From: an uncultured Pelagibacteraceae bacterium
Lineage (GTDB): Bacteria; Pseudomonadota; Alphaproteobacteria; Pelagibacterales; Pelagibacteraceae
Reading direction: 5' to 3'
Assembly (NCBI GenBank): GCA_902513955.1
Contig: CABXOW010000001.1
Span: 44,278-108,277, forward strand
Length of the DNA stretch: 64,000 nucleotides
Shown here: positions 1-9,609 of the stretch, piece by piece
Numbering within the stretch: the first letter of the stretch is position 1
Layout: each line of letters begins with the position of its first letter
Notes under the pieces: generated by a model
What the model was told of the DNA's origin: nothing
The model's input: the letters and a program-made list of their open reading frames with translations, nothing else
Databases searched by the model: none
Made by a program: the position numbers and the translations under genes

Positions 1-46
1 TTAGCTTCCAAAGAACTTTTGGTTCTAAAGTTTTAATTTTATTCAT
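1..46 (-). CDS. 5' end of a gene running off the window (MNKIKTLEPKVLWKL...), possibly an SMP-30/gluconolactonase
   Basis: ATG at 46-44 overlaps the stop of the upstream enolase gene, and the frame is open to the edge. The product guess rests on 15 aa and on context only. Confidence 0.4.
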   Translation of the reverse strand, partial: MNKIKTLEPKVLWKL

Positions 47-1211
47 TAATCTCAAATTCTTTAATAAAATCTTTATTAGGAGTTATTCCTATTCCGGCAT
101 TATCACTTACTGAAGCATATCCATTACTTTTACTAACTTGATCTAAAATCGAGAAATTCTCAGTTGGTAAATCTGTAATAAATATATTCTTTTCTGTGGT
201 ATCAAATTCTAACATTGATTTTGAAGGAAATAATCCTCCGGGCATATCAGGTTGTGCTGTTAACAAATGTAAATTAACACTTATACTTATTGCAGATCCC
301 CAAACATGATTTATAACAGGAATAAAATTTGCCTGTGCTAGAGCTGAAACTTTTAAATACTCTGTAATTCCTCCTAATCCGCAAACTTCTGGTTGAGCAA
401 TATCAATACATTTGTTTTTAATTAATTCGTTCCAACCATATTTTGTAAACTCTGCTTCACCGCCTGCTATATTTGTATTAATTTTTTGTTTTAACTCTCT
501 ATATCCATCATAATCTTCTGGTGCTACTGGCTCTTCAAACCAAAATATATCAAGCTCATCTAGACCTCTGCCAACATATAAAGCATCATTTATGTTATAA
601 GCGTGATTTGCATCTACCATTAATTTAAAATCTTTTCCGATAACATCTCTTACAGCTTTAACCAACTTTAGATCTTCAACTGGACCTAATCCAACCTTCA
701 TTTTCATTGCTTTAAAGTTCTTAGATTTAATTTGTTTGGCTTCTTCTTTAAATAAATCTATCAATTCTGATGTAGATTTTTTTTGTAACATCATACCATA
801 ACCATAAACAGGGATTTGATTGTTGCACTTACCTCCAACTAATTGATAAAGAGGAGTTTTAGTTTTTTTTCCTAGAATGTCCCATAATGCAATATCAACA
901 CCTGATAATGCTTGAATTGGCATTCCTTTTTGTCCACTATCTCTTAAAAGATTATAAACTTTATGCCAAATATACTCTTTATTTAAAGGATCTTCTCCAA
1001 TGATTAGTGGTTGAATTACTTTTTCAACTATAAATTTGTTAGCTAAAGCAATATTGCCAGGACCAAAGCATTCACCCCATCCAGTGATACCTTCGTCTGT
1101 TTCAACTTCTACAAGATGAGCAGTACGATGTTTATAGTATTGTTGCGAATAACCTAGTTCTTTCTCTAACTCATATCTAAGTACATGACTTTTAATAGAA
1201 GTTATTTTCAC
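39..1211 (-). CDS. Mandelate racemase/enolase-superfamily enzyme, D-galactarolactone cycloisomerase (Gci)-like
   Basis: GWGEC, YNLLRDSGQKG, SGVDIALWD, KMKVG, DANH, WFEEP, GGE and HVWG motifs match my recollection of Agrobacterium Gci. Confidence 0.8.
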   Translation of the reverse strand: MKITSIKSHVLRYELEKELGYSQQYYKHRTAHLVEVETDEGITGWGECFGPGNIALANKFIVEKVIQPLIIGEDPLNKEYIWHKVYNLLRDSGQKGMPIQALSGVDIALWDILGKKTKTPLYQLVGGKCNNQIPVYGYGMMLQKKSTSELIDLFKEEAKQIKSKNFKAMKMKVGLGPVEDLKLVKAVRDVIGKDFKLMVDANHAYNINDALYVGRGLDELDIFWFEEPVAPEDYDGYRELKQKINTNIAGGEAEFTKYGWNELIKNKCIDIAQPEVCGLGGITEYLKVSALAQANFIPVINHVWGSAISISVNLHLLTAQPDMPGGLFPSKSMLEFDTTEKNIFITDLPTENFSILDQVSKSNGYASVSDNAGIGITPNKDFIKEFEINE

Positions 1212-1217
1212 AATTAA

Positions 1218-2060
1218 TTATAAAGCAACTACTTTCGAGTTTTGCTCTCCTAAGTTTTCTATTGATAATTTCATTGTATCTCCAGCCTTTAAAAATTGTT
1301 GAGGTTTCATTCCCATACCTACTCCAGGAGGTGTTCCTGTAGTAATAATATCGCCAGGCTGTAACGACATAAATTTACTTACATAAGATACAATTATATC
1401 AACATTAAAAATCATTGTACTTGTATTACCTGTTTGCATCCTATTGCCATTTACGTCTAAGCTCATTTTTAGATTATTAATATCTGCAATTTCATCTTTA
1501 GTAACTAAATAAGGGCCTATAGGACCATAAGTGTCATGAGATTTTCCTTTAACCCACTGGCCCATTTTTTCAATTTGCCATTCTCTTTCACTAACATCGT
1601 TTACTAAACAATATCCTAAAATATGATCTTGTGATTGACTTTCGGAAATATGTTTTGTTTCTTTACCAATTACAATTCCAAGTTCCACTTCCCAATCTAA
1701 TTTTTTTGATCCAGAAACAATTTCGACATCATCATTAGGTCCTGTTATACAACTTGTAGCTTTCATAAACATAATTGGCTCAGATGGTACCTCTGCTCCA
1801 GTTTCAGCAGCATGATCAGAATAATTTAAACCTATTGCAACAAATTTAACTGGTTTAGTTATGCAAGAACCAATTCTATCACTTGAAGATAATTCAGGAA
1901 GTGATGATAAATCAGCACCTTGTAATTTTGATATAGTTTCAAAATTAACATTATCAGGGTTTAAGTCAGTAATATGCGAACTAATATCTCTAATTTTACC
2001 GTCTTTATCTAATGCCGCAGGTTTTTCATTTCCTCTTGGTCCAACTCTTAATAATTTCAT
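1218..2060 (-). CDS. Fumarylacetoacetate hydrolase family protein (2,4-diketo-3-deoxy sugar-acid hydrolase-like)
   Basis: IGLNYSDHAAE, LDWEVELG, NDVSER, GKSHDT and TGTPPGVG motifs; adjacent to a keto-deoxy acid SDR. Confidence 0.85.
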   Translation of the reverse strand: MKLLRVGPRGNEKPAALDKDGKIRDISSHITDLNPDNVNFETISKLQGADLSSLPELSSSDRIGSCITKPVKFVAIGLNYSDHAAETGAEVPSEPIMFMKATSCITGPNDDVEIVSGSKKLDWEVELGIVIGKETKHISESQSQDHILGYCLVNDVSEREWQIEKMGQWVKGKSHDTYGPIGPYLVTKDEIADINNLKMSLDVNGNRMQTGNTSTMIFNVDIIVSYVSKFMSLQPGDIITTGTPPGVGMGMKPQQFLKAGDTMKLSIENLGEQNSKVVAL

Positions 2061-2082
2061 ATATCTCCCTTTTTTAAATTAA

Positions 2083-2826
2083 TTAAATTGTCATTCCACC
2101 ATCAACAGAAAAAGTATTTCCAGTTGTAAATGTAGATTCATCTCCAGCTAAATAAATTGCCATAGCCGCTATTTCTTCAGCAGTGCCTAATCTTCCCATA
2201 GGTTGTCTAGCTATAAAATCTTTTTTCGCCTGAACTGGATCAGGACTTTGATTAACTCTATCTTGCCAAGATGGTGAAAAAACTGTGCCTGGAGCAATAG
2301 AATTACATCTAATATTTTGTTTTACAAAATCTGAAGCAATTGATTTTGTTAAACCAATAATTGCTGCTTTTGATGCGCCATAAACAAATCTATTAGGCAA
2401 ACCTTTTAAACTTGAAGCTATTGAAGAAATATTAATTATACTTCCACCATTTTGTTTAACCATTAAAGGTAATATTGCTTTACACATGAAATACATAGAT
2501 TTAATATTTACATCAAAAGAAAAATCCCAATCTTTTTCTTCACAGTCAAGTATAGTTCCATGATGAACAAAACCTACTGCATTAAATAATACATCAACTT
2601 TATCTAGAGTTTTAACAAATTCTAAAATTGCGTTGTTATCTGTTGAGTCTAGTGTTTTAACTCTAATATTAGGATATTCTTTATTTAAATCAGCTAAGGT
2701 TTTATCATTTAAGTCTGTTGCAATAACATTTGCTCCTTCATTATGAAAAGCAATTGCGGTAGCTTTTCCAATTCCTTGGCCAGCTGCAGTTACTACAATT
2801 TTTTTACCTTCTAATCTTCCGCTCAT
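2083..2826 (-). CDS. SDR, 2-keto-3-deoxy-L-fuconate dehydrogenase/BDH2-like
   Basis: TAAGQGIG, GFVHHGTILDC, NRFVYGASKAA and RQPMGRLG are typical of this subfamily. Confidence 0.8.
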   Translation of the reverse strand: MSGRLEGKKIVVTAAGQGIGKATAIAFHNEGANVIATDLNDKTLADLNKEYPNIRVKTLDSTDNNAILEFVKTLDKVDVLFNAVGFVHHGTILDCEEKDWDFSFDVNIKSMYFMCKAILPLMVKQNGGSIINISSIASSLKGLPNRFVYGASKAAIIGLTKSIASDFVKQNIRCNSIAPGTVFSPSWQDRVNQSPDPVQAKKDFIARQPMGRLGTAEEIAAMAIYLAGDESTFTTGNTFSVDGGMTI

Positions 2827-3695
2827 TTTTTATTTATCCTTTCAATTTCTTTGTACAAAGAACTATGATCTGTTTCTCCATGTCCATTTTCAACAAGAGT
2901 TTTATACATTTCTTTAACTAAATTTGAAATAGGTAAATGAGTATTGTAGCTATTTGCACAATCCAAAATATTATTCATATCTTTTAAATGCGTATAAGTT
3001 CTACCTTTTGGAGTAAAATCTTTTTCGATCATTCTTTTTCCATGTGTTTGAAGAATTTTACTATCTGCCCACCCACCTGACAGAGCTTTAATCATTTTAT
3101 TTGGATCTGCTCCAGCTTTTTCACATAATGTTATTGCTTCAGCCACAGCACCTATAGTTAACCCAACTATAATTTGATTTGCTAATTTAGAAACTTGTCC
3201 ACTCCCTACTGGGCCAACTAAAGTTGGATTACCCATTGTTTTTAAAACATCAAATGCGTTATCAAAATCTTTTTGATCTCCTCCAACCATTATTGCTAAT
3301 GATGCTTCTTCAGCACCATTAGTTCCTCCTGAAACAGGAGCATCTAAATAATTAATATTTTTAATTTTTAAATTATTTCCATGTTTAGTTGCTGTAGATG
3401 GCTTTACAGAGCTCATGTCAATAACTGTAGCTTTTGATTTTAAATTTTCTAAAAAATCAGAGCTATTCATGACATCATCAACAGATACATCTTCAGTTAA
3501 CATTGTTATTACAATATCGCACTCTTTAACAAGATCTTGAATTGTGTTTGTTATTTTAGCACCATATTCTTTTAGTGGTTCTGCTTTACTTTTTGTTCTG
3601 TTAAATACTTTTAAGTTATATCCAGCTTTTAATATGTTTTTAGCCATAGGTAGACCCATCAAACCTATGCCTATAAAACCTATTTTTTTACTCAT
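2823..3695 (-). CDS. garR: 2-hydroxy-3-oxopropionate (tartronate semialdehyde) reductase / beta-hydroxyacid dehydrogenase
   Basis: GFIGIGLMG, DAPVSGG, KLANQ motifs. Confidence 0.75.
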   Translation of the reverse strand: MSKKIGFIGIGLMGLPMAKNILKAGYNLKVFNRTKSKAEPLKEYGAKITNTIQDLVKECDIVITMLTEDVSVDDVMNSSDFLENLKSKATVIDMSSVKPSTATKHGNNLKIKNINYLDAPVSGGTNGAEEASLAIMVGGDQKDFDNAFDVLKTMGNPTLVGPVGSGQVSKLANQIIVGLTIGAVAEAITLCEKAGADPNKMIKALSGGWADSKILQTHGKRMIEKDFTPKGRTYTHLKDMNNILDCANSYNTHLPISNLVKEMYKTLVENGHGETDHSSLYKEIERINKK

Positions 3696-5018
3696 TTATT
3701 TTTTGGGAATAAATTCGTGGAAATTTTGTGTAGTAAATTCTGGAAAGAACATAACACATGCTAAAACAATTAACTGAATTACTATAAAAGGACCAAATCC
3801 TCTGAAAATATCTGTTAATGATATATGAGGTGGTGCAACAGATTTTAAATAGAAAGCAGCAGGGCCAAATGGCGGACTTAAAAAAGAAACCTGCATATTT
3901 ACACAGAATAAAATTCCAAACCATATAGGGTCAAAGCCAAGAGCTAATACTATTGGTAAAAATACTGGCATCGCTAATAAAACAATTCCAACCCAATCCA
4001 TAAAAGCACCCATTATCAAAAACATCACTTGCATCATAAAAATTAAATACATTGGTCTTAAATCATAAGCTAAAATCGTCTCAGCAACATAAGTTGGTCC
4101 ACCTGCTAGTGAGTAAGCTCCTGCTAATACTGTTGCACCAAAAGTAATAGTTAAAATTGTTCCTGAAGCTTTGAATGTTCTAATTAATGCATCTTTAAAT
4201 AAAAACCATGTAAGTTCTTTTCTTGCATATATTATAATTAATGTAGCAACTACACCCATACCTGCTGCTTCAGTGATACCAGTTATTCCAGAATAAATTG
4301 AACCTAAAACAATTATTACTATTCCTATTGGAGGTAAAAGACCCGGTAGATATGACATTTTTTCTTTAAAAGTTAAAGGTGGTTCATCGCTTATTGGTGC
4401 AAGATGCGGTTGTAATCTTGTTCGAACAAGAATGTAACTAATAATTAAACCTGAAATCATCAAGCCTGGAACTATCGCCTCTTGGAATAACATTGTAATT
4501 GAAGTTTCTGTTGTTAATCCATAAATAATTAAAACAATAGAAGGAGGTATCATTGTACCTAAAGAACCTGATGCACAAATAATACCAATGGACATATCCT
4601 GATCATATTTCAATCTCAACATTTGAGGCAGTGCAATCAATCCTAATAAAACTATTTCTCCTCCAATAATTCCACTCATCGCAGCCATAATTGTTGCCAT
4701 TATTGCTGTGACTACTCCTACTCCACCTCTTGTTTTTCTTAACCAAGCATTTAATGCATCATATAAATCTCTCGCAATATTCGAGCGTTCAAGCAAGGAG
4801 GCCATAAATATAAATAAAGGGACTGATAAAAAAGAATAAGTTACAACAAGTGAATAATATCTTGAAAGTAAAATACCTAAAGCATGCTCACCAATATATA
4901 GAAACACAAGTACTGCTCCCATAAAACCTGAGGCAAAACCCATTGGAACACCAATGGAAATAAGAGCTAATAATCCTACTAAAAGTATTATCGAGAGTGT
5001 TCCTATTTCAAATTCCAT
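3696..5018 (-). CDS. dctM: TRAP transporter large permease
   Basis: Highly hydrophobic 440 aa; GSLGTMIPPS and SPPFG motifs. Confidence 0.92.
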   Translation of the reverse strand: MEFEIGTLSIILLVGLLALISIGVPMGFASGFMGAVLVFLYIGEHALGILLSRYYSLVVTYSFLSVPLFIFMASLLERSNIARDLYDALNAWLRKTRGGVGVVTAIMATIMAAMSGIIGGEIVLLGLIALPQMLRLKYDQDMSIGIICASGSLGTMIPPSIVLIIYGLTTETSITMLFQEAIVPGLMISGLIISYILVRTRLQPHLAPISDEPPLTFKEKMSYLPGLLPPIGIVIIVLGSIYSGITGITEAAGMGVVATLIIIYARKELTWFLFKDALIRTFKASGTILTITFGATVLAGAYSLAGGPTYVAETILAYDLRPMYLIFMMQVMFLIMGAFMDWVGIVLLAMPVFLPIVLALGFDPIWFGILFCVNMQVSFLSPPFGPAAFYLKSVAPPHISLTDIFRGFGPFIVIQLIVLACVMFFPEFTTQNFHEFIPKK

Positions 5019-5019
5019 T

Positions 5020-5589
5020 TTATTCTAAATCTTTAGCGGGATCGTATTGTTTTTCTTTAGGGTTTTTCCAATCAATTATTAAATTATTTATAGATTGAAG
5101 CGCAATAAGAAATACACATATAAGTGTAAGTGGTTTCATAGTTGCAGGAATTGGTGGATCCCAATATGTTGCAAATCTCTCCCAATTTATAAATGATCTA
5201 TATGCATCTTCAAGACCACCATAAATTACGGCAGCTGCAAACGTAACAATTATAATAGTGCTAATTAAATCAAAAATTCTTTGTGTTGGTCTACTCACAT
5301 AGTCATATAATAGTACAATTCTGATATGACTTCTTAATCTTGTTGCATATATTCCGCCTACTAAATAACAAATTCCAGCCAGCCATAGACATAATTCATT
5401 CACCCACATTGTTGGCATTTCCATGATATATCTCATAAAAATTTCGTACATCATTACAAGTACGATTATTGGGATTAAATATTTGATTGTATGACTTAAA
5501 AATAAACTAATTCTATCAACCCAATTTATTGGAAAATCATCTTTACTTGCAACTTTTTCAGTTTGTTCTTGCAATGATTTATCAAGCAT
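5020..5589 (-). CDS. dctQ: TRAP transporter small permease
   Basis: Four TM segments, HIRI motif, located between dctP and dctM. Confidence 0.88.
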   Translation of the reverse strand: MLDKSLQEQTEKVASKDDFPINWVDRISLFLSHTIKYLIPIIVLVMMYEIFMRYIMEMPTMWVNELCLWLAGICYLVGGIYATRLRSHIRIVLLYDYVSRPTQRIFDLISTIIIVTFAAAVIYGGLEDAYRSFINWERFATYWDPPIPATMKPLTLICVFLIALQSINNLIIDWKNPKEKQYDPAKDLE

Positions 5590-5609
5590 AGGCTAAAAAA
5601 TTTTAAATT

Positions 5610-5636
5610 AAAAAGAAGGGCCTTTTCAGGCCCTTC
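5610..5636 (-). terminator. Intrinsic terminator-like hairpin after the TRAP SBP gene
   Basis: GAAGGGCC-N6-GGCCCTTC stem (5615-5636) followed by a U-tract on the minus strand. Confidence 0.8.
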
Positions 5637-5659
5637 AAGATTTTATTATGTGCTTATAA

Positions 5660-6676
5660 TTATAGGATACCGTTAGCTTTCATGTAAGCTGTATGTATAT
5701 CTATAAGAGCAGCAGCTTCAGGAGATTTCTTTTTCCATTCCTGCCAAGCATTAAGTGCAGCATTTCTGAACTTTAGTCTATCTTCTCTAGACCAGTCATG
5801 AAGTGTAACACCATCAGCAAGTAGCGCTTTAACTGCTTCTGCATTTTTTCTTTCAACTAAGCTAGTGATAGTTCTACCAGCAATTTCTATTCCCGCTTTC
5901 ATTGCTCCTCTTTCATGAGGTTTTAGCTTTTTCCAAACTTTGGTATTACAAGCTAAGTGGTCAGCTGGCATAGAGTGAAAACCTGGATATGTAGCATATC
6001 TATTTTGCTCATAGTGTCCACCTGCAAAGTTAGTTGCTAAACTAGAGTAGTCAGCACCATCAATTAGACCAGTTTGTAAAGCAGTTGGAACTTCACCAAA
6101 ATCCATTACGATTGGTTTAGCACCTAAAGCTTTAAAGATCATACTTTCCATTCCTGGAGGTGATCTGAATTTAAAGTCTTTGATTGAAGGTACATCTGGA
6201 ATAGGTTTGCTAGATATTAAAGACTCATGTCCAGGTATCCACCAACCAATAAGTGTCATTCCATATTTGTTATAAAGTGCATCAACAGCATCTTGAGCTC
6301 CTGGGAACTTTAAGAAATCGTATTGTTGATAAGGGTTATCATATCCACCCATTACGTCACCTGCGAATTGGAATGCTGCATTTTTACCAGTTTGGTAACC
6401 AGCACCAGTCATATCACAGTCAATAATTCCAGTTTGCGCAGAATTAAATACTTCAGCAGATTTTCCTGTTACTGAAGCTGAGTAAAACATTTGTACTTTT
6501 AAACTTCCGCCAGAAAATGATTCAACATTTTTAGCGAATTGGGCTGCAACTTCACCATTTGGTGAGCTAGCAGTAAAGTGAGTTTCAATCTTTAAAGTTT
6601 TTGCATAAGCAGAACCTAATAAAGCGATTGAAGCTACAGCTACTGTAGCTATAGTTTTTGTTATTAATTTTAACAT
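5660..6676 (-). CDS. dctP: TRAP substrate-binding protein (DctP/TakP-like, probably for keto/sugar acids)
   Basis: Signal peptide, KFRSPPG, ALQTGLIDG motifs; strong GAGG RBS. Confidence 0.9.
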   Translation of the reverse strand: MLKLITKTIATVAVASIALLGSAYAKTLKIETHFTASSPNGEVAAQFAKNVESFSGGSLKVQMFYSASVTGKSAEVFNSAQTGIIDCDMTGAGYQTGKNAAFQFAGDVMGGYDNPYQQYDFLKFPGAQDAVDALYNKYGMTLIGWWIPGHESLISSKPIPDVPSIKDFKFRSPPGMESMIFKALGAKPIVMDFGEVPTALQTGLIDGADYSSLATNFAGGHYEQNRYATYPGFHSMPADHLACNTKVWKKLKPHERGAMKAGIEIAGRTITSLVERKNAEAVKALLADGVTLHDWSREDRLKFRNAALNAWQEWKKKSPEAAALIDIHTAYMKANGIL

Positions 6677-6806
6677 TATCTTCCTCTCGTTTATGTTTTT
6701 AATTCTTGAAGTTAATCATAAATGATTTTTAATATCAAACGAAACGGTAATATAAATTAAGTATAGCAATTATATATATTAACTATATAAACAACTATTA
6801 GTTGTA

Positions 6807-7775
6807 TTAAACAACTTCTGAAATTAATTTTTTATTATTAAAATAACAATAAATATTATCAACTGCCATCATACTCATTGCTAAACGAGTTTCATGAGTA
6901 GCACTTCCAACATGTGGTAAGACAAAACAATTATCTAATTTCATATATCTTTCATCTAAATTTGGTTCATTATTAAATACATCTAACCCAGCTGCATAAA
7001 TTTTTTTCTTTTGTAAAGCATCAATCAGAGCGTCATCGTCAATAGTTGATCCTCTTGAAGTATTAATTACTACTGCATGTTTAGGTAATAAGTCTATGGT
7101 TGTAGCATTTAAGATATGCTTAGTCTCAGCCGTAGCCGGAGTGTGAATACTTACAAAATCACATACTGGCATCATAGAGTTTATATCTGAATAATATTTA
7201 GCTCCATCTTCTAAATCTTCTGAAAGCTTATTTCTATTATAATAAATTATTTTCATACCAAATGCTTTAGCACATTTAGCTGCCATTCTACCAATACGAC
7301 CCATTCCTATTATACCGAGAGTTTTACCTGTAACTGAATTACCAATCATAAATTTAGTTAAATCTGGCTTTTGATCTTTCCATGTTCCTGATCTTACAAG
7401 ATTATAAGCCTCACCTATTCTTCTTGATGCAGCTAAAATCAAAAGAATAGTTGTTTCAGCAACAGCTTCATTTAAAACATTTGGTGTATTAGTAACTTTA
7501 ATTTTTTTACTTTCAGCAGATTTAACAGAGATATTATCGTAGCCTACTCCAACCTGAGCTATAATTTTTAATCTTCCATTTAAATCTTTAAAAAACTCTT
7601 CTCCAATTTTATCAAAGCCTGTAGAAATAATTCCATCATATTCATTAGCCATCTTGATAAGATCATCATTTGTAATCGGTTCATCTTTTAAATTAAGAGT
7701 TACATCAAAGTTTTTGTTTAATTTCTCCTCTGCTCTATCTGATAATTTTCTTGTAACTAGTATTTTTGGTTTCAT
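6807..7775 (-). CDS. D-2-hydroxyacid dehydrogenase (glyoxylate/hydroxypyruvate/2-ketogluconate reductase, GhrB-like)
   Basis: GVGYDN, NTPNVL, GMGRIG, NTSRG, LDVF..EP and PHVGSAT motifs. Confidence 0.85.
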   Translation of the reverse strand: MKPKILVTRKLSDRAEEKLNKNFDVTLNLKDEPITNDDLIKMANEYDGIISTGFDKIGEEFFKDLNGRLKIIAQVGVGYDNISVKSAESKKIKVTNTPNVLNEAVAETTILLILAASRRIGEAYNLVRSGTWKDQKPDLTKFMIGNSVTGKTLGIIGMGRIGRMAAKCAKAFGMKIIYYNRNKLSEDLEDGAKYYSDINSMMPVCDFVSIHTPATAETKHILNATTIDLLPKHAVVINTSRGSTIDDDALIDALQKKKIYAAGLDVFNNEPNLDERYMKLDNCFVLPHVGSATHETRLAMSMMAVDNIYCYFNNKKLISEVV

Positions 7776-7776
7776 T

Positions 7777-9561
7777 TTAATGAGAATTTCTTGGAAGACC
7801 TTTTTTATTAGAAATATCTAAATATGTTCCACGTGATTTAATACAAGCACCATCTTCAAGTTGGCTCACTGTATTTCTAAAAATTTCTTGCCATGGAGTT
7901 TGGTTGTTTGCTTTAAACAATTTTTTATTTTTTCTTCTTTTTTTAAATTCAAATTGAGAAATCAATAAATCTACTCTTCTTTTATTTAAATCTATTTTCA
8001 TTTTATCACCTGTTTTAATAATCCCTAAATCACCTCCTACCGCAGATTCTGGTGAAACATGAAGAATTGATGGACTTTCAGAGGTACCACTTTGTCTACC
8101 GTCTCCAAGAGTTGGTAAATGTACAATTCCTTTTTTTAACAGTCTATCAGGTGGTTGCATATTAACTACTTCGGCAGATCCTGGATAACCAACTGGTCCA
8201 CAGCCTCTGATAATAAGAATAGAGTTTTCATCTATTTTCAACTTTTTATCATTAATTCTTTTATGATAGTCCTCTGGCCCCTCAAACACAACGGCTTTAC
8301 CATTAAAAACATTAGGTTTTTTTGCATCAGAGAGATATCTATCTCTAAATTCTTTGCTGATTACTGAAGTTTTCATAATAGCTGATGAGAAAAAATTACT
8401 TTTCATAACTAAAAACCCTGCTTTATCTTCCATACTATTTTTGAAATTTTTAATTACTTTAGGATCTACATCTATTTTTCTTTTTAAATTTTTACCCACT
8501 GTCTTTCCTGTAACAGTCATTATATTAGTGTGAATTTTTTTATTTCTTATCAATTCTTTCATAACAGCAGGTACTCCACCTGCTCTATAAAAACTTTCCA
8601 TTAAATATTTTCCAGCTGGTTGGCAATTGACTAAAAGTGGAATATTGTGTCCTATCTTTTGCCAATCAGATAAATTGAATTTAATTCCCATATGCTTTGC
8701 AATTGCACTTAAATGAGCTGTACAGTTACTTGAGCCACCAATTGCACTTGCAACAACAACAGCGTTTTCAAATGCTTTACGAGTCATAATTTTAGATGGA
8801 GTTAAGTCTTCATTAACCATTCCCACAATTCTTTTACCAGTTTCAAAAGATATTTGTTCTCGCTCTCTATATGGTGCAGGTATAACAGCACAACCAGTTA
8901 AAGACATTCCTAGTGCCTCAGCAACTGAATTCATAGATGATGCAGTACCCATTGTATTACAATGACCAACGGATGGAGCTGATGATGCGACCATATCCAT
9001 AAATTCTTCATAATTAATTTCACCTTTAGCTAAAAGTTTTCTAGCTTCCCAAACTACCATACCTGATCCGGCTAACTTACCTTTATAAATTCCATCTAAC
9101 ATTGGCCCACCTGACAAAACAATTGCAGGAATATTTACTGTTGCTGCAGCCATTAATGCTGCTGGAGTTGTTTTATCACAACCTGTTGTTAGTATTACTC
9201 CATCAATTGGATAGCCATACAAAACCTCGACTAAAGATAAATAAGAAAGATTTCTATCTAACATTGCTGTAGGTCTTTTGCCAGTTTCTTGAATTGGATG
9301 AGTTGGAAACTCCATTGGAATACCACCGGCTCTTCTAATTCCATCTTTTATTCTTTTGCTTAAAGATAAAAAGTGTCTGTTACATGGTGAAAGATCACTT
9401 CCAGATTGAGCAATTCCAATTATAGGATTTCCAGATTGTAATTCTTTTCTAGTTAATCCATAATTCAGATATCGCTCTAAATAGAGAGCCGTCATTTCAG
9501 GATCTTTTGGATTATTGAACCATTTCTGACTTCTTAAATTTTTTTTACGTTTTAATGACAT
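7777..9561 (-). CDS. xylD: IlvD/Edd-family sugar-acid dehydratase, D-xylonate dehydratase-like
   Basis: MTALYLERYLNYG, SPCNRH, TTGCDKT, GHCNTMGTAS, DGRQSGT and C-terminal LPRNSH closely follow Caulobacter XylD as I recall it. Confidence 0.82.
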   Translation of the reverse strand: MSLKRKKNLRSQKWFNNPKDPEMTALYLERYLNYGLTRKELQSGNPIIGIAQSGSDLSPCNRHFLSLSKRIKDGIRRAGGIPMEFPTHPIQETGKRPTAMLDRNLSYLSLVEVLYGYPIDGVILTTGCDKTTPAALMAAATVNIPAIVLSGGPMLDGIYKGKLAGSGMVVWEARKLLAKGEINYEEFMDMVASSAPSVGHCNTMGTASSMNSVAEALGMSLTGCAVIPAPYREREQISFETGKRIVGMVNEDLTPSKIMTRKAFENAVVVASAIGGSSNCTAHLSAIAKHMGIKFNLSDWQKIGHNIPLLVNCQPAGKYLMESFYRAGGVPAVMKELIRNKKIHTNIMTVTGKTVGKNLKRKIDVDPKVIKNFKNSMEDKAGFLVMKSNFFSSAIMKTSVISKEFRDRYLSDAKKPNVFNGKAVVFEGPEDYHKRINDKKLKIDENSILIIRGCGPVGYPGSAEVVNMQPPDRLLKKGIVHLPTLGDGRQSGTSESPSILHVSPESAVGGDLGIIKTGDKMKIDLNKRRVDLLISQFEFKKRRKNKKLFKANNQTPWQEIFRNTVSQLEDGACIKSRGTYLDISNKKGLPRNSH

Positions 9562-9609
9562 AAATTATTTGTAATGGTTTGTTTAGAATATTAACTATAT
9601 AATAAAAAT

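Noticed and set aside
6714-6727. AATCAT-AA-ATGATT palindrome upstream of dctP as an operator
   Set aside because: It is short and AT-rich, and I did not see it repeated upstream of other island operons.
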